Source: an uncultured Planctomycetaceae bacterium (GTDB lineage Bacteria; Planctomycetota; Planctomycetia; Pirellulales; PALSA-1355). Taken from it: a stretch of 64,000 nucleotides of DNA. The stretch covers positions 1,152,001-1,216,000 of the forward strand of contig CAWAUV010000008.1 of assembly GCA_963785305.1 (NCBI GenBank). The letters run 5' to 3'. The notes beneath the pieces are model-generated. The model did no database searches. It was given only the letters and a program-made list of their open reading frames with translations, and was not told the DNA's origin. The translations under genes were made by a program, and so were the position numbers. Each line of letters opens with the position of its first letter. The first letter of the stretch is position 1. Positions 32,648-44,970 of this stretch are shown here, in pieces.

Positions 32648-35600
32648 CTATTGCTCCGACGGATCGGGTTTGGCCGGTGGCTTCGGGGCGGACGGTTTGC
32701 GAGCCTCGCCCGGAGCGCGCCGGGGACGTTGCTTTCCACCGGCCTCGGCTTTCTCCCGCCGATCGTCGGGCCCGGGGCCTGCCATCGCGGGATCGGGGCT
32801 ATCGCCGGGCCGCATCGGTCCCGGGGGACCAAAGCCGGGCGGCCGACCGGGGCCGAAACCATCGGGACCCATGCCATTGGGCCCACCCGGACCGATACCG
32901 CCCGAACCGAAATCGTCGGGTCCAAAACCTTCGGGCCCGAAACCATTTGGGCCGGGGCCGGGGCCGAAATCACCGGGCCCGCCGCCACCGCGACGCATGG
33001 GACCAGGCGGCGGCCCCAGCGGGCCAAAACCGTCTGGCGCCATGCCATCGAAACCACCGGGCGAACCATTGGCCTGACGATCAGGCGGCGCGGGCTTCAA
33101 TCCGCCCGCGCGTTTGACGCGCGAGGTCGTCGACTTCTTCGCGCCCCGTTCCGCGGGGGCCTTGGTCTTGGCCGCGGCCGGCGCAGGCGCCGGCGCCATT
33201 GCATCCGCGGGGGCAGCGGGGCTGTCGCTCGCGGCCGGCGATTCGCTCGGGACGCTTGCCGGCGACGCCGCGTCGTCGGGCCGCTCCGGCGACGCGACGC
33301 CCGCGTTGCTCGACCCACGAGAGGCCAGCGGCGGCGCTTCGCCCTCGGGCCCTGGGCCGGCTTCGCCCGGAAAACGCGGCGGCCAATCGCCCGAGTCATG
33401 CTTTCCGGGGCCGCGATCCTCTGGCCCGTGGTCCTCGGGGCCGCGGTCCCGTGGGCCACGCCCTTCGGGACCATGCTTCTTATCCGGGCCATGATCCGGG
33501 CCACGGCCACCAGGTCCTCGTCCGCCACGTTCATGATCCCCCGGGCCGTGATCTCCTGGGCCGTGGTCACCGCGGCCGCGATGGCCATCGGGGCCGGGCT
33601 TGTCGGAATGCTCGTCGTCACGCGGCCTGGGCGGCGGCTCGCGGTCGTCGGGCGAGCGTCCGTGGCGTGGCGGCGGTCCCGGTCGATCGAATCTTTCGGC
33701 CTCGCGATCCAGCGCCGCGGCGCCGGCCTCGTCGCCCAATTGGGCCAGCATCGTGGCGAAGCGTTCGAGGGCGTGATGCGCGATCCGCTGCTTCTCGGGC
33801 GGTAGCGACTTCGCGCGCTCGATATTTTCGGCCGATGCCTTGATCAGCGAGACCGCTTCGTCGCGATGGTGATTCGAGATCAGCAGGTCGGCAAGCTCTT
33901 GCTCCATGGCGATCAGGCTGGCGAACCGGTCGAATTTCGAGGCCGTCGTCGGTCGATCCTTGACCAGCGGCTCAAGTACCGCGATCCCCTTGCGATAGTG
34001 CGGTAGCGCATCGCCGGGCCGCGCGAGTCGCGCGAGCACTTGGCCGAGCGTCCATTCGCTTCGCGCGAGCAACTCTCGGCATTGCACGCTATCGGGCAAT
34101 TTGGTCGCGAGGTCGGTGGCCCAGTGTTCGGCTTGTTCGGCGAGCTCGAGCGGCGAGGGCGCGGCGTCTTTCTCGGCCGGCAGCATGGCCCAGTCGAGCG
34201 CCACTTCCGCGGCGGCGACCGTGAAGCGAGGCTCCGTGGGATGCGACTCGCGAGCGGCGGCGTAAACTTCCGCCGCGCCGCGATAGTTCTTCACCGCCTC
34301 GCTTGTCTTGCCGAGTCGGCCATAGACATTGGCCAAGTGCGTAAGCGCTTTGGCGGCTTCTTCCTTGAGCTCGAGGCTCGGCGCCTTCTGCTGGGCGAGG
34401 TTATCGTAAAACGCGAGCAATGTGGCGAGCAATTTGGCGTCGAATTGATCGGCTTCCACCGGCGCCGACGCGTCGCTCGCCGCGCTCGACGGCGACGCCG
34501 GGTGGCTTTCGTCCGGCGGCGGCGGATGTCGCTCCGGTTCCGGGCGAGCTTGCGATTGATGCTCGGCCAGGGCGGCGAACGTATCGAGCAGCGCGCTGAA
34601 CGACAGCTTCATATTGGCTTCGGCCTCTTTCTTGGCGGCCAGTGCCTCGGTCCTCGCGTTTTCGGCTTCGATCGCGCGAATCTTTTCGTTGTCGAGCGCA
34701 TGCGACTTCGCGGCATAGCCCCAGCCCAGCGCGGCGATGCCGAAAACCATCGACACCAGCGCCACGGCGCCCAGCGCCTAGCGCCTTGTTGCGCCGCGCC
34801 CAACGATAAAGCTGCTCGACCACGGCGGCCCGCCGCGCTCGAATCGGCCGGTCTTCCAGAAATCGCCGCAAGTCGTCGGCCAGGGCCCGCGCCGAGACAT
34901 AGCGCTCGCGCGGCTCGCGGCGCGTGGCCTTGAGCACGATCGTTTCCAGGTCGCGCGGAATGGCGGGATTGCGGCGCCGCGGGCGCATTGGCTCATGCTG
35001 GCCCACCAACTGGAGCAGCTTCACCGGATTCGTCTCGGCGAAGGGCGGCTCGAGTGTCAGCAGTTCATACAACGTGAGCCCCAGGCTATAGACATCGCTG
35101 CGCACGTCGGAATGGCCATGCAGACTTTCGGGCGCCATATACTGCAAGGTGCCGATCACATCGCCGGTGCTCGTGAGATCGCCTTGTTCGAGCACCTTGG
35201 CCAGCCCGAAGTCGGTGATCCAAGCGGCGCCGGAACCGTCGATCAGCAGGTTGGCCGGCTTGATATCGCGATGCAAGATGCCTTGCGAATGGGCATAGTC
35301 GAGCGCTTCGGCCACTTGCATGCCGACCGCGGCGATTTGGTCCCAATAGCTGGTCAGCCGAATCGGGCCGGCGTGCGAAGGCAGTTGGCCGCGACTGGGG
35401 CGCTCGTCGGGCGAGGCGTTTTTGACGGCCCAGGGAGGCGTCACGGCGATTTCGACTGTTTCAGCCGCCGGATCGCTCGCGTTGAAAGCCCTGGTCGGCT
35501 GGGCGCCGAAGTCGTCGGGCGCGGTGTGGCGATCGGCCCGGCGCGGGTGCGAAAGCTGGGGGCCAGCGCCGTTGGCCTTGGCGTTTTGGGCGTCGTGCTT

Positions 35601-36194
35601 CGTGGACGGCGCTCGTTTGCCGCGTTGCTTTCGCGTCGGTTGATGACGCTTCGAGCCCGGCCGATGGGAAGCCCGCGGCCGTGATTCGCGGAGCGACGAC
35701 ACGACTTCATTCAGCCCTTGGCCGTTGATGAGCTGCATCGCGTAGTAATAGAGGCCGTCGCTCTCGAATAGGCCGAACACCGGCACGATGTTCGAGTGAT
35801 GCAGTCGGGCCGCGGCCTGCGCTTCGACCTTGAATCGCGCGAGCCGCTTCGGGTCGAGCAGCGAATGCTTCGGCAGCACCTTGAGCGCCACCGGCCGGTC
35901 GAGCGATTCTTGCCGCGCTTCGTAAACCACGCCCATTCCGCCGCGGCCCACCTCGCGCACGATTTTATAATCGCCGATCTTCTCCGGCGCCGCCGACTCG
36001 CTCGCCGCCGACTTCTTGTGCCGAAGCTGCTCGAGGAGCGAAATCGGCGGAAGCACATCCTGCAATTGCTCCGCCAACTGCGGAAAACGCCGCGCATAGT
36101 CGGCCACCGATGGAGCGAGACCGCGGCGACATCGCGCCGTGAAATCCTCGATCACCCGGTCGAGCAAATCGCGCTGGGCGTCCACATGTTCCAT
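32648..36194 (-). CDS. Hanks-type Ser/Thr protein kinase with TM helix, TPR-like region and long Pro/Gly-rich tail; frameshift near 34778
   Basis: VGRGGMGVVY, VALK, HRDIKPAN, TDFGLAK, GTLQYMAPE, SDVYSLG, RYVSA..LADDL; continues in the 34765 frame. Confidence 0.92.
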
Positions 36195-36282
36195 GGGTCG
36201 GTCCCTCTATGTTCTTGCCGAAGCTCGCTGTTCTCGACACTCGCCGCGAGCGCCGTGCCCAAGGAAGCCCCGGGCCAAAACT

Positions 36283-36906
36283 CTATCCCATGAGGCCCGG
36301 AATCGCGGCGAGCGCGATCTTCAGTCGCTCGAGGGCGCGAAGATATCGCTTGCTGGCGGCCGACTTTTCGATGCCCAAGACCGTGGCGGTGTCGGCGTTG
36401 CTCAGTTCCTCGAAATGCCTCAGGGCCAGCACCTCGCGATCGATCGGGTCGAGGCTTTCGATCGCCTCTTCCACGCGCCGCAGCCGCTCGGCCCGCTCGA
36501 AGATATCGCTGGGCGAGGTGAAGTCGCCCACCAAATGTCCGGCCAAGCACATGCTGCTGGCGCCGGCGTAGCGATGATTGTCGATCGACACCTCTTGCCC
36601 GACGCTCCGCATTTGAGCGCCCAAATGGTGGCGATGCACATCGACAAGCCGCTGGTTCGCCACGAGCCGCAGCCACACGAAAAACGGCATTTCCGGCTTC
36701 TCGGCGAAGTGCCGCAGGCGACCCACGGCGTCGACATAGGTTTCTTGAAGCACATCGGAGGGCGACACCCGCCCCTGAAGCCGCGGATCGAGTCGAAAGA
36801 CGATCATCCGCCGCAGAGCCGGCTCATGCGTGGCGAAGAGCGCCGCCAGCGCTTGCTGGTCGCCGTGTTTGACCCGATCGAGCAGTTCTTCAGGCTCGGA
36901 GGACAT
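36283..36906 (-). CDS. ECF sigma-70 factor, planctomycete kinase-associated type
   Basis: RLDPRLQGRVSPSDVLQE, WLR..HRHH, SPS, DREVLALRHFEELSNADTA..ASKRYLRALERL; immediately upstream of the kinase. Confidence 0.92.
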   Translation of the reverse strand: MSSEPEELLDRVKHGDQQALAALFATHEPALRRMIVFRLDPRLQGRVSPSDVLQETYVDAVGRLRHFAEKPEMPFFVWLRLVANQRLVDVHRHHLGAQMRSVGQEVSIDNHRYAGASSMCLAGHLVGDFTSPSDIFERAERLRRVEEAIESLDPIDREVLALRHFEELSNADTATVLGIEKSAASKRYLRALERLKIALAAIPGLMG

Positions 36907-37215
36907 ACCAAAGTTCTTTCAGGCGCCAAGGGCCCTTTTCCGCGAGCGCGCCTGTTCGGCGCGCCGCGATCCCCATTGGATTAGAAACGGACGACCACGC
37001 GAGTCGAAGACAAAAAAATTTCCGAAGTTCTGGAGAGGGTCGCTGTCCACAAAATGAAACGCTTGCGTTTAACAGCCTATCCGAAAGCGTGGCCGGCCGA
37101 AGTGGAGTCTTTTCGGTTCGGCTACTATATTCTAACAAGCCGCTTGGGCGCCGAACGACGGCGGCGAGTAGGCGGGGCTGCGGTTTTTAATCGCAATTCA
37201 CAGGAAAACACACCG

Positions 37216-37962
37216 ATGAAACAGACCCTGTTGGTCCGAGGCCGCCGCCGCTGGGCCTACGCCGCCGCCGTGGCCGGAACGCTGGGCTTCGCGACACCGC
37301 CGGGAGCGGTCGCCGCCGGGCCGGAATCCGGAGACTCGCCCTCGGCAAGCGACCGGGCCGAATGCGCGGATAAGGACAAGGAATCCGGGGACAATCAAGC
37401 CAAGGACAAGGACCTGGACACCCCGCGCCCGCCGCGGCGTGGCGAAGGTCCGCCGCCGCGAGGTCGTCGCCCGCCGCCGCGCGAAGACGGCCCCCCGCCG
37501 CGCGAGGATGGCCCGCCGCCGCGTGAAGACGGACCGCCGCCGCGCAAAAAGGGGCCGCCGCCGGCCGACATGGAAAATGGCGACGCCCCGCCACCGCGTC
37601 GCGAACAAGGCCGCCGCCCGCCCCGAGAGAGTGGACCTCGCGACGCCGGGTCGCGTGAAGGTGGGCCCCGAGAGGCCGGCTCGCGCGATGGTGGGCCTCG
37701 AGACGCTGGCCCGCGGCGAGCCGGCGCCGGCGATCGTGGCCGGCCCGAATCAGGGCCTCCGCCGCGTGATTTCGGCCCCCCGCCGGACCGTCGCGAGGAA
37801 TTCAAGAAGATCGACACCAATGGCGACGGCAACATTTCGCTCGAAGAGTTCCTCGCCTACCGACCGGGCCCCCCTCCGCGTCGCGACGATGGGCCGGGTC
37901 CTCCGCCCCGCGAGCGATCCGGCCCGCCCGATGGCGAGCGGCCAAGCCCGCCAAACGACTGA
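37216..37962 (+). CDS. Exported Pro/Gly/Arg-rich protein with one EF-hand
   Basis: CAGGA RBS, leader MKQTLLVRGRRRWAYAAAVAGTLG..AVAA; canonical loop FKKIDTNGDGNISLEEF. Confidence 0.8.
   Translation: MKQTLLVRGRRRWAYAAAVAGTLGFATPPGAVAAGPESGDSPSASDRAECADKDKESGDNQAKDKDLDTPRPPRRGEGPPPRGRRPPPREDGPPPREDGPPPREDGPPPRKKGPPPADMENGDAPPPRREQGRRPPRESGPRDAGSREGGPREAGSRDGGPRDAGPRRAGAGDRGRPESGPPPRDFGPPPDRREEFKKIDTNGDGNISLEEFLAYRPGPPPRRDDGPGPPPRERSGPPDGERPSPPND
37471..37545 (+). repeat. 21-bp coding tandem repeat (PPPREDG) x3.5
   Basis: Units at 37471, 37492, 37513; partial at 37534. Confidence 0.85.
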
Positions 37963-37969
37963 CCGGCCT

Positions 37970-39362
37970 TCATGAGAACGACGCCGCGGCAAACAGGTGG
38001 CCTGTCTTGCCGCGGCATTTCGTTTTTACCTCTCGCCAGAAACCCCCGTTGCCCGGTGGCCGTGCTTCCGGCCTTGCTTCAAGTCGCCGGCGCCCATGCG
38101 CCCGCGCGGGTCGCCTGAGAATGTAGAACCACAGCAAGCCGGCTCCCGCCAGCAGCGCCAAGCTAATCACTTGCGCGATGCTGAGCCGAGTGCCCAGCAC
38201 ATGCGGCTCGGCGCGGGTCCATTCCAAGAGAAATCGCGACACGGGATGGATCGTCATCAGCAGCGCGAGCAGTTCGCCGTCGCGCCGTCGGAAGGGGTCG
38301 TAGCACAGCAAAAAGAAGCAGAGAATCAGGGCGTCGATCGTGCTGTAAAGCTGCGCCGGATGCACCCGCAGGCTCGGCTGGTCGAGCGGACCGGCTTGCC
38401 AAGCAAACACACCCGGCTTGTCGGCCACGCGCGCCGCGATCGGCTCGCCGGCCTGATTGACCCGCGCCAGCGACAAGACGGCTGCCTCGGCCGTCGGTGT
38501 GCGCACCCCGTTGATGCCCACGATCACATCGCCGGCCCGCAAACCTTGCTTCTCGGCCGCCGAGCCGGGCTCCACGGCCGCGAGCCGGGCGGGCTCCTCG
38601 GGCTGGCCGCCAAAACGCAGTCCATCGATCGAGACTTTGCCATCGCGGGCCTCCTCGACGTAGGCCGGCGAACCCCAAGGAAATTGCACCGACCACGGCA
38701 ACTCGCTCTCGGCGCCATAGCAGCAGCCGTTCATGAAACAGCCCAGCCGTCCGATCGCCATTCCCAGCACCACGCCCGGCACGACCAAATCGGCGAGCGC
38801 CAACCCGGGCAAGCGATATTTGCGCACGAAGACGAAGAGCGCCAGCCCGCCGGCGAGAAGCGAACCATAGACGACCAGCCCACCCTGGGCCACGTTGAGC
38901 ACGCTTTTGATGGTTTCGCCAAGTGTCGGCCGCTGGTATTCCGACCAGTTTTCGACGACATAAAATACCCGGGCCCCGCTCACTCCCGACACGAAAAGCC
39001 ACGTGGCCAGCGAGAAGATCATTTCCGGATCTTGGCCGGCTTGCCGGGCGCGTCGCACCGAAAGCGCCACCGCGGAGCCCACGGCCACGAGCAGCATCAC
39101 CCCATAGCCGCGAATCGGCAGGGAGCCGCCTAGCAGCAAATCGAACCACGGCGGCAGAAAGGCGAGCGCGGCGCCGCAGAGCGCAGTACATGACGAGTTG
39201 GGCAAATGTGTCGCGGGTCCAGCCATCGCGCCGACCAAGCCACGCCGCCACGCCCAGGCCGGCAAGCATCCACAGGGCCAGCAGCGCACCGAAGCCGAAC
39301 ACCGGCCAACCGCCGAGCCAAGCCGGCAGCCGCGCGGGAATGTTGAGAAATGTTTGGCACAT
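37970..39362 (-). CDS. lgt: Prolipoprotein diacylglyceryl transferase with PDZ-like insertion; apparent frameshifts, 3' end approximate
   Basis: PIRGYG, GARVFYV, GGLVVYG, IGRLGCFMNGCCYG, HPAQLYS, RFLLE; insert VEPGSAAEKQGLRAGDVIVGING. Confidence 0.9.
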
Positions 39363-39438
39363 GAGCAAATGCCTCGACGCATAAGGGATTCGTGCGCTCG
39401 GCGCCGCGCAACGCGCGACGAATTCCAGCGGCGCGCCG

Positions 39439-40326
39439 TCAAATGGCGCCGTTCGGATCGTCGGCCCCGAGCGTGGCGTTGTCGATGAGCCGCGTGGCGC
39501 CGACACGCGCGGCGATCGCCATCACCGCCTCGCCTTCGACCGTGTCGACCGGCGCCAAGGTTCGCGGATCGGCCACGGCCACGTAGTCGACTTTCATCCG
39601 TCCTTCGGTCTCGAGCCGCTGGCGCACTCGGCTCGCGAGCAGGTCGGCTCGGCGCTGGCCCGAGCGCACAAGTTCATGGGCCATGACCAGCGAGCGCGAG
39701 ATCGCGAGCGCCCGCTGCCGCTCTTCGGGCGAAAGATAGCGATTTCGCGAGCTCATGGCCAGACCATCGGGCTCGCGCGCCGTGGGCCGCACTCGAACCT
39801 CGATCGGGAGATCGAGGTCGTCGACCATGCGGCGAATCACGAGCGCTTGCTGATAGTCCTTGCGACCGAAGAACGCGACATCGGCCGGGATGAGGTTGAA
39901 CAACTTGAGCACGATCGTGGCCACGCCCTGAAAATGCCCCGGCCGATGGGCGCCTTCCCAGGGCGCCGCGACCGGCCCGACATCGACGCGCGTGGCGGCC
40001 CCGGGTCGATACATCGTCTCGGCCGCCGGAGCAAACACGATCGCGGCGCCGTGTTCGGAGAGCGCGGCGAGATCGGCTTCCCAGGTGCGGGGATAACGCG
40101 AGAAATCCTCATTCGGCCCAAATTGGGTGGGGTTCACGAAGATGGTCGCAATCGTCGCGTCGCACTCGCCGCGCGCGGCGTCGACCAGGCTCATGTGCCC
40201 GGCATGGAGCGCGCCCATCGTGGGCACGAGTCCGACCCGGAGGCCTTGACGGCGCAGCGTTTCCACATGGTCGCGAATCTCGGCGCGATCGGTAATAACT
40301 TGCGGCGGCCCGGAGGAAACGTTCAT
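39439..40326 (-). CDS. panC: Pantoate--beta-alanine ligase
   Basis: VPTMGALHAGH, IFVNPTQF, RPGHFQGV, FGRKDYQQ, REPDGLAMSSRN, RLIDN. Confidence 0.97.
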   Translation of the reverse strand: MNVSSGPPQVITDRAEIRDHVETLRRQGLRVGLVPTMGALHAGHMSLVDAARGECDATIATIFVNPTQFGPNEDFSRYPRTWEADLAALSEHGAAIVFAPAAETMYRPGAATRVDVGPVAAPWEGAHRPGHFQGVATIVLKLFNLIPADVAFFGRKDYQQALVIRRMVDDLDLPIEVRVRPTAREPDGLAMSSRNRYLSPEERQRALAISRSLVMAHELVRSGQRRADLLASRVRQRLETEGRMKVDYVAVADPRTLAPVDTVEGEAVMAIAARVGATRLIDNATLGADDPNGAI

Positions 40327-40336
40327 GCGGTGTGAC

Positions 40337-41519
40337 TTACTCGGCGCCAATCGGCGCGGGGCCGCGGGCGCCGCCGGCATCGGGCGAGCAGCGCGCGTTC
40401 GCGGTGGTGTCGGCGGTCGGAGTGGCCGGCAGCTTCTCCGCGGACGCGTGTTCGGCGGCGCATCGCCACAACTGGCGAATCGCCAGCCACAGACTCGGGC
40501 AGATCGTTTGTCGATAGGGCGAATTCTCGGGCAACTGCCGCATGAGCCGGCGATGCGCCTCGCCCATGTTGTGATAGGGCAGCGAAGGGCAAAGGTGATG
40601 CAGCGCCGTGGTAACGCAGCCCGACCGGGGCCCACAGCGGCGTGGTGAGCGAGAAGCGGGGATAGTTGATCGAATCGAGCAGTTGTTCGACGAACGTCAT
40701 TTCCTCGCCGCCGCTCACATAGCGATGGGCGCCAAGCGTGCGCACATTGTTGAGCATCAGCACACCCACGGCGACGAAATACGATTGCACGACAAACGCA
40801 ACCTTCATCGTCCCCAGGCTCACTTGAATCGCCGCCCCCAAGAGCAGCAAGAAGCAGGCTGTTTCTTGCCAACGGAACACGCGCAGCGTCTTGGGCGGCG
40901 GCAGCGGGCGAATGTACGAAGGATCCATCACCAGCGAACTGGCTCGCTGGTGCGCCCAGCGCCGCAGTCGCGGCGAAAACCAGCACGGCGGCGTCAGCAC
41001 CAGAAACCGCAACACGACCAAGATCGGTATCACGAACGGCTGCAACAAATACAGCAGCATCTGAATCGGCCGTTGCGAGGCCAGGGGAATATATTCCCCG
41101 TCGTGTTGCGTGCCGAAATGGGAACGCATGTGGTGGTCGACATGCGTGTAATAGGTAAACGTGGGCACCAGAAACGGAATACCGCACAACAGATTCCACA
41201 CAAAGCGAAACGCCTTGAAGGTTCCGGCCCGCATATGCACCAACTCATGCACGAACAACACCGCCCGATAAAACAGCACGCATGTGGCGGCATAGAGCGC
41301 GACCCCGACCAGCGCTTTGGCCGCGAGGCCCGCGTTCCAACGCGGCACGCCGAGGCGAAGCAAAAGAAAGCAGGCCGAGCCGGCGAAGAGCGAAGCGAGA
41401 AAATCGGTCCAATAGATCCAGGCCCGCGGCGCGAGCAGGTCTTTCACGATTCCGCGCACCTCGGCAAGCGAAAAATCAGCGGGCGCGGCGTTTGCTTGCC
41501 CGATGTTTGATTGTTCCAT
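40337..41519 (-). CDS. Membrane fatty-acid desaturase family protein; frameshift near 40607
   Basis: His boxes HELVH, HVDHH and (after correction) YHALHH; several TM segments. Confidence 0.85.
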
Positions 41520-42073
41520 GGCTCGACCCGCGTCAAAAAAAGAAATCGGTGTCCGTGTTTTTCGGATTTCCGCCAAATACATTAACCAACCCTTGCGTCG
41601 GTCATCCAACGTCTATCATCGTAGTATTGGCTGGCAAAGGGTCAATTTTGACTCCGGCCGCCAGAAGACTCTGGTCCGTCGGCCGGCCGCCTTGATGAGG
41701 GCGATGCGCTTCCGGCGGAGTTGCTTCTGGCGTTTTGCAAACCGGGCGACTTCGCCGCGAGCCAAAATTGCCCCGATTCCCCGGGAGGTCTCGAAGCGCC
41801 GGCGATTGGCAAGCGTTTATTTTATCGGCAGCAATCGAGCGCGGCGGTAATAAGGACACGTGGCATAGTCGAACTTAAGCCCCCTAGCCTTCCTTGTCCA
41901 CCCATGCCGCGCAGGTAGAATAGCCGGCTTTTAGTTGACGCGCGGGCTCGTCGCTGGCGAAGAACTTGGTCAATGGGCCGAGAGGGCCGCATCGAGGAAC
42001 CGCGCTCGAACGCTGAAATGAACGACTTTCCAAGCGGGCGCCGAGCGGTCCGAGCCACTTTTTACTTTTTTCC

Positions 42074-43358
42074 ATGCAACCACCGGCGCAGCAAATCGTC
42101 GTCACGGGACTAGGCATCGTCTCGCCCCTCGGGCGCGTCGTGGCCCGCGGTTTGGGATGCGCTCGTCGGCGGCCGAAGCGGCGTGCGAGAGCTCTCGGAT
42201 CTACGCAAACTCGGCCTCGACATCGCGTTTGCCGGGCAGATCACGAATTTCGACGCCAAGCAGTTCGTCACCCCGCGCAAAAGCCTCAAGGTAATGAGCC
42301 ACGAAACCCAGTGGGCCCATGCCGCGGCCAAGATGGCGTGTCACGACGCGGGCCTCGAGGCCGGCTCGGTCGATCCCGATCGTTTCGGAGTCGTGTTCGG
42401 CGCCGACATGATCTACAGCGAGCCCGAAGACCTGATCGACATCTATCGCAACTGCATCGTGGATGGCCGATTCGACTTCAGTCGCTGGGGCGACGCCATG
42501 GCCTCCAGCATGACTCCGCTGTGGATGCTCAAATATCTGCCGAACATGGCGGCTTGCCATATCGGAATTGCGCTCGACGCGCACGGCCCGAACAATTCGA
42601 TTCTGGTTGGCGAAGCCTCGTCGCTGGTCGCGATGGACGAAGCGCTCCGGCTCATCGAGCGGGGCGTGGTCGACGTGGTGATTACGGGCGGCTCGAGCAA
42701 TCCGGTGAACTTCGTGAGTTGGGCCTTTCGGCATCAGCGGCATTCGCGGCGGCAGGACAACCCGGCCGGCGCGTGTCGACCGTTCGACGCCGACCGCGAT
42801 GGCATGGTCTGCGGCCAGGGCGCCGCGGCGCTGGTGTTCGAGAGTCGGCGCCATGCCGAATCCCGGCGGGCTCGCGTGCTGGCGCGTGTCGAGAGCGCGG
42901 CCCATGCGTTTGATCCGGCTGGCCGCGCCGCCGCCTCCACCGTGGGCCAAGGCGCGGGCGTGGCGCGCGTCGCGCGCCAATCACTCGCCCGCGCCGGCCG
43001 CGCCGCCGAGGACCTGGGCTTTATCGTGGCGCACGGTTACGGCACGCCCGGCGGCGATCTCAATGAAGCTCGCGGCATTCTTGCCGTTGCCCCAAGGACT
43101 CCGGTCACGGCGCTCAAGGGCTATTGGGGTTGCTTGGGCGCGGCGTCGGGCGCGGTCGAGACCGCGGCCGCGATCATGGCCCTGGGCGAAGGCCGTATTC
43201 CCCGCGCGCTCAATTCGCTCCGGCCCGATCCCCAGTGCCCGCTCGAGATCGTGCGCGACGACCACGCGCCGGTCGAGCGATCACGAGCCTTGGTGCTGAC
43301 CCAGAGCACGTTGGGCCAATCGGCCGCCGTGCTCATTGCCGGGCCCGAGGCCGATTGA
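42074..43358 (+). CDS. FabF-like beta-ketoacyl synthase homolog lacking the catalytic Cys; frameshift near 42132
   Basis: VVTGLGIVSPLG, PNMAACHI, GPNNS, CRPFDADRDG, HGYGT, GAASGAVE. Cys position reads GEASS; second His position reads GCLG. Confidence 0.88.
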
Positions 43359-43416
43359 CCTCCGCCTCGCGAGGAGCAGCGAGCGCGGCGCGCTCGAGCC
43401 CGCCGGCGCGTGCCCG

Positions 43417-44970
43417 TCACCACACCACTTCCAAGCCGGTTTCACCGCCCATCATCAGCACGAAGCCGGTGTTGTCGACCGCCGGCGTGGCCTGGGCCGG
43501 AAAGCGAACTTGATTGGGCCCGAGCGCGAGTTCGTTGATCGCGATCAGGTCGAAGCCGACCCGCAAGGCCACATTTTGGCGAAGCTGATAAGCCGCGCTG
43601 AAATTCACATCGTAGATGAATGAAAACTGCGTGCTGCGGGCCGACTCATTGCGGTTGGGCACTTGCGATGTAAGAAAGGCATCGTAGGCCACGACCTGAC
43701 TGCGCTGCGTGCTCGTGTTCACATAGGGCCCGGCCTTGGCGCGAGCGCCAACCCGCCAGCGAGCGTGTTGATACATCACATCGAGCCCCGCCTGCGGCCC
43801 GATTAGGAAGTTCGTGGTTTGGATATCGTAGTGCCCGTAGATTTGCGAGGCCACGATGCCTAGCGAATCGTAGTTGAAATGCTCGTTGAGCGTCACCACC
43901 CGCAAACCGCCGAAGAACGACGGCGTGGGCATGGGCGTGACTTTGCGAACCCAGGTCCCGTCGCTCGCCAATTCGAGGCGATCGCGTCCCAGTCGCTGAC
44001 GCACGCGGTAGTTCAATTCATAGCTGTTGAACGCCGACTTGTAGTCGTACGACTGAATATGCGAACCGTTGAAGCCGGGAATCGAGTGCGTCGGGTCTTG
44101 TCGCGTAATCAATCCATTGCCGGTGGCGTATGAAGTCAAGCTGCCGGCGCTGTTCCAGTTGCCGAACCCGAGGAAGGTGAACTCCACCGAGTGATCACGG
44201 TTCTTCTTGTCGCGCCCGAGAATCCGGCCGTAGGTCAATCTCGCCATGGCGGAATAGCCCAAGTAGGGATTCGTATGCAGTTCGTTTTCGGCTGGCGACG
44301 AAAGGTCCTGGGCCAAAATGAGCGGTTTCGTGGGCCCCTCGCGGCTCATCATCACCGCATCGATCTGAATGTATGCCTTGCCGCGATAGAACGCCTTGCC
44401 CGAACTGGCGATGCGCGGCGCGGTGTCGGGAGACCAGAACGAATCGTAGTCCTCGGAATCCGGCTCGGCGATCGCTTGAATCGGCGGCGGCAGTTCCTCG
44501 GGCGGCTGATCGAGATTAATGCGGTTTTCGGGCGGCATGAGTTCAACCGGTGGCTCGGCGTCGCCGGCGGCGTCTTCGGCCATGACTGCGGCGGAGTTGT
44601 CCGATGGGCTTTCGGGATTCGCCGAGAGATCCGAGGGTCCAGGTGGCTCGGGAGCGCTGAGGCATTGTCGCGGGATCCTCGGTCGCGGGCGGCTGATCCG
44701 CCGAGACGAGCCGCAAAGCGCTTGCCCGCATTTGCGAAAGCTTGCTCAACGAAGGCCCCAACGGTCGCGGCGGCGCCGCATCGCCCGTGCGCTCGATCCG
44801 GCGGCGTTGCGCCGCGAGCTGGCGCCCGCCGGGACAAACGCTGGTCCGTTGGCCGACCAGGGGGTGTTCGACCCCGAACTGCCGACGAACGACTGCCCGA
44901 AAGCCGCCGATTCGCTAGCCGCCGCGACAAGCGCGATGACGATCCGTAATGTCCTGGCGATTCCCGACAC
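43417..44970 (-). CDS. BBP7-like outer-membrane beta-barrel protein; N-terminus frameshifted, start approximate
   Basis: [41 protein letters not shown], terminal GLEVVW; signal-peptide-like segment near 44970-44890. Confidence 0.72.

Noticed and set aside
39439..41199. 586-aa PanC with long N-terminal extension
   Set aside because: The extension is an alternative frame of the desaturase gene; PanC motifs begin at 40326.
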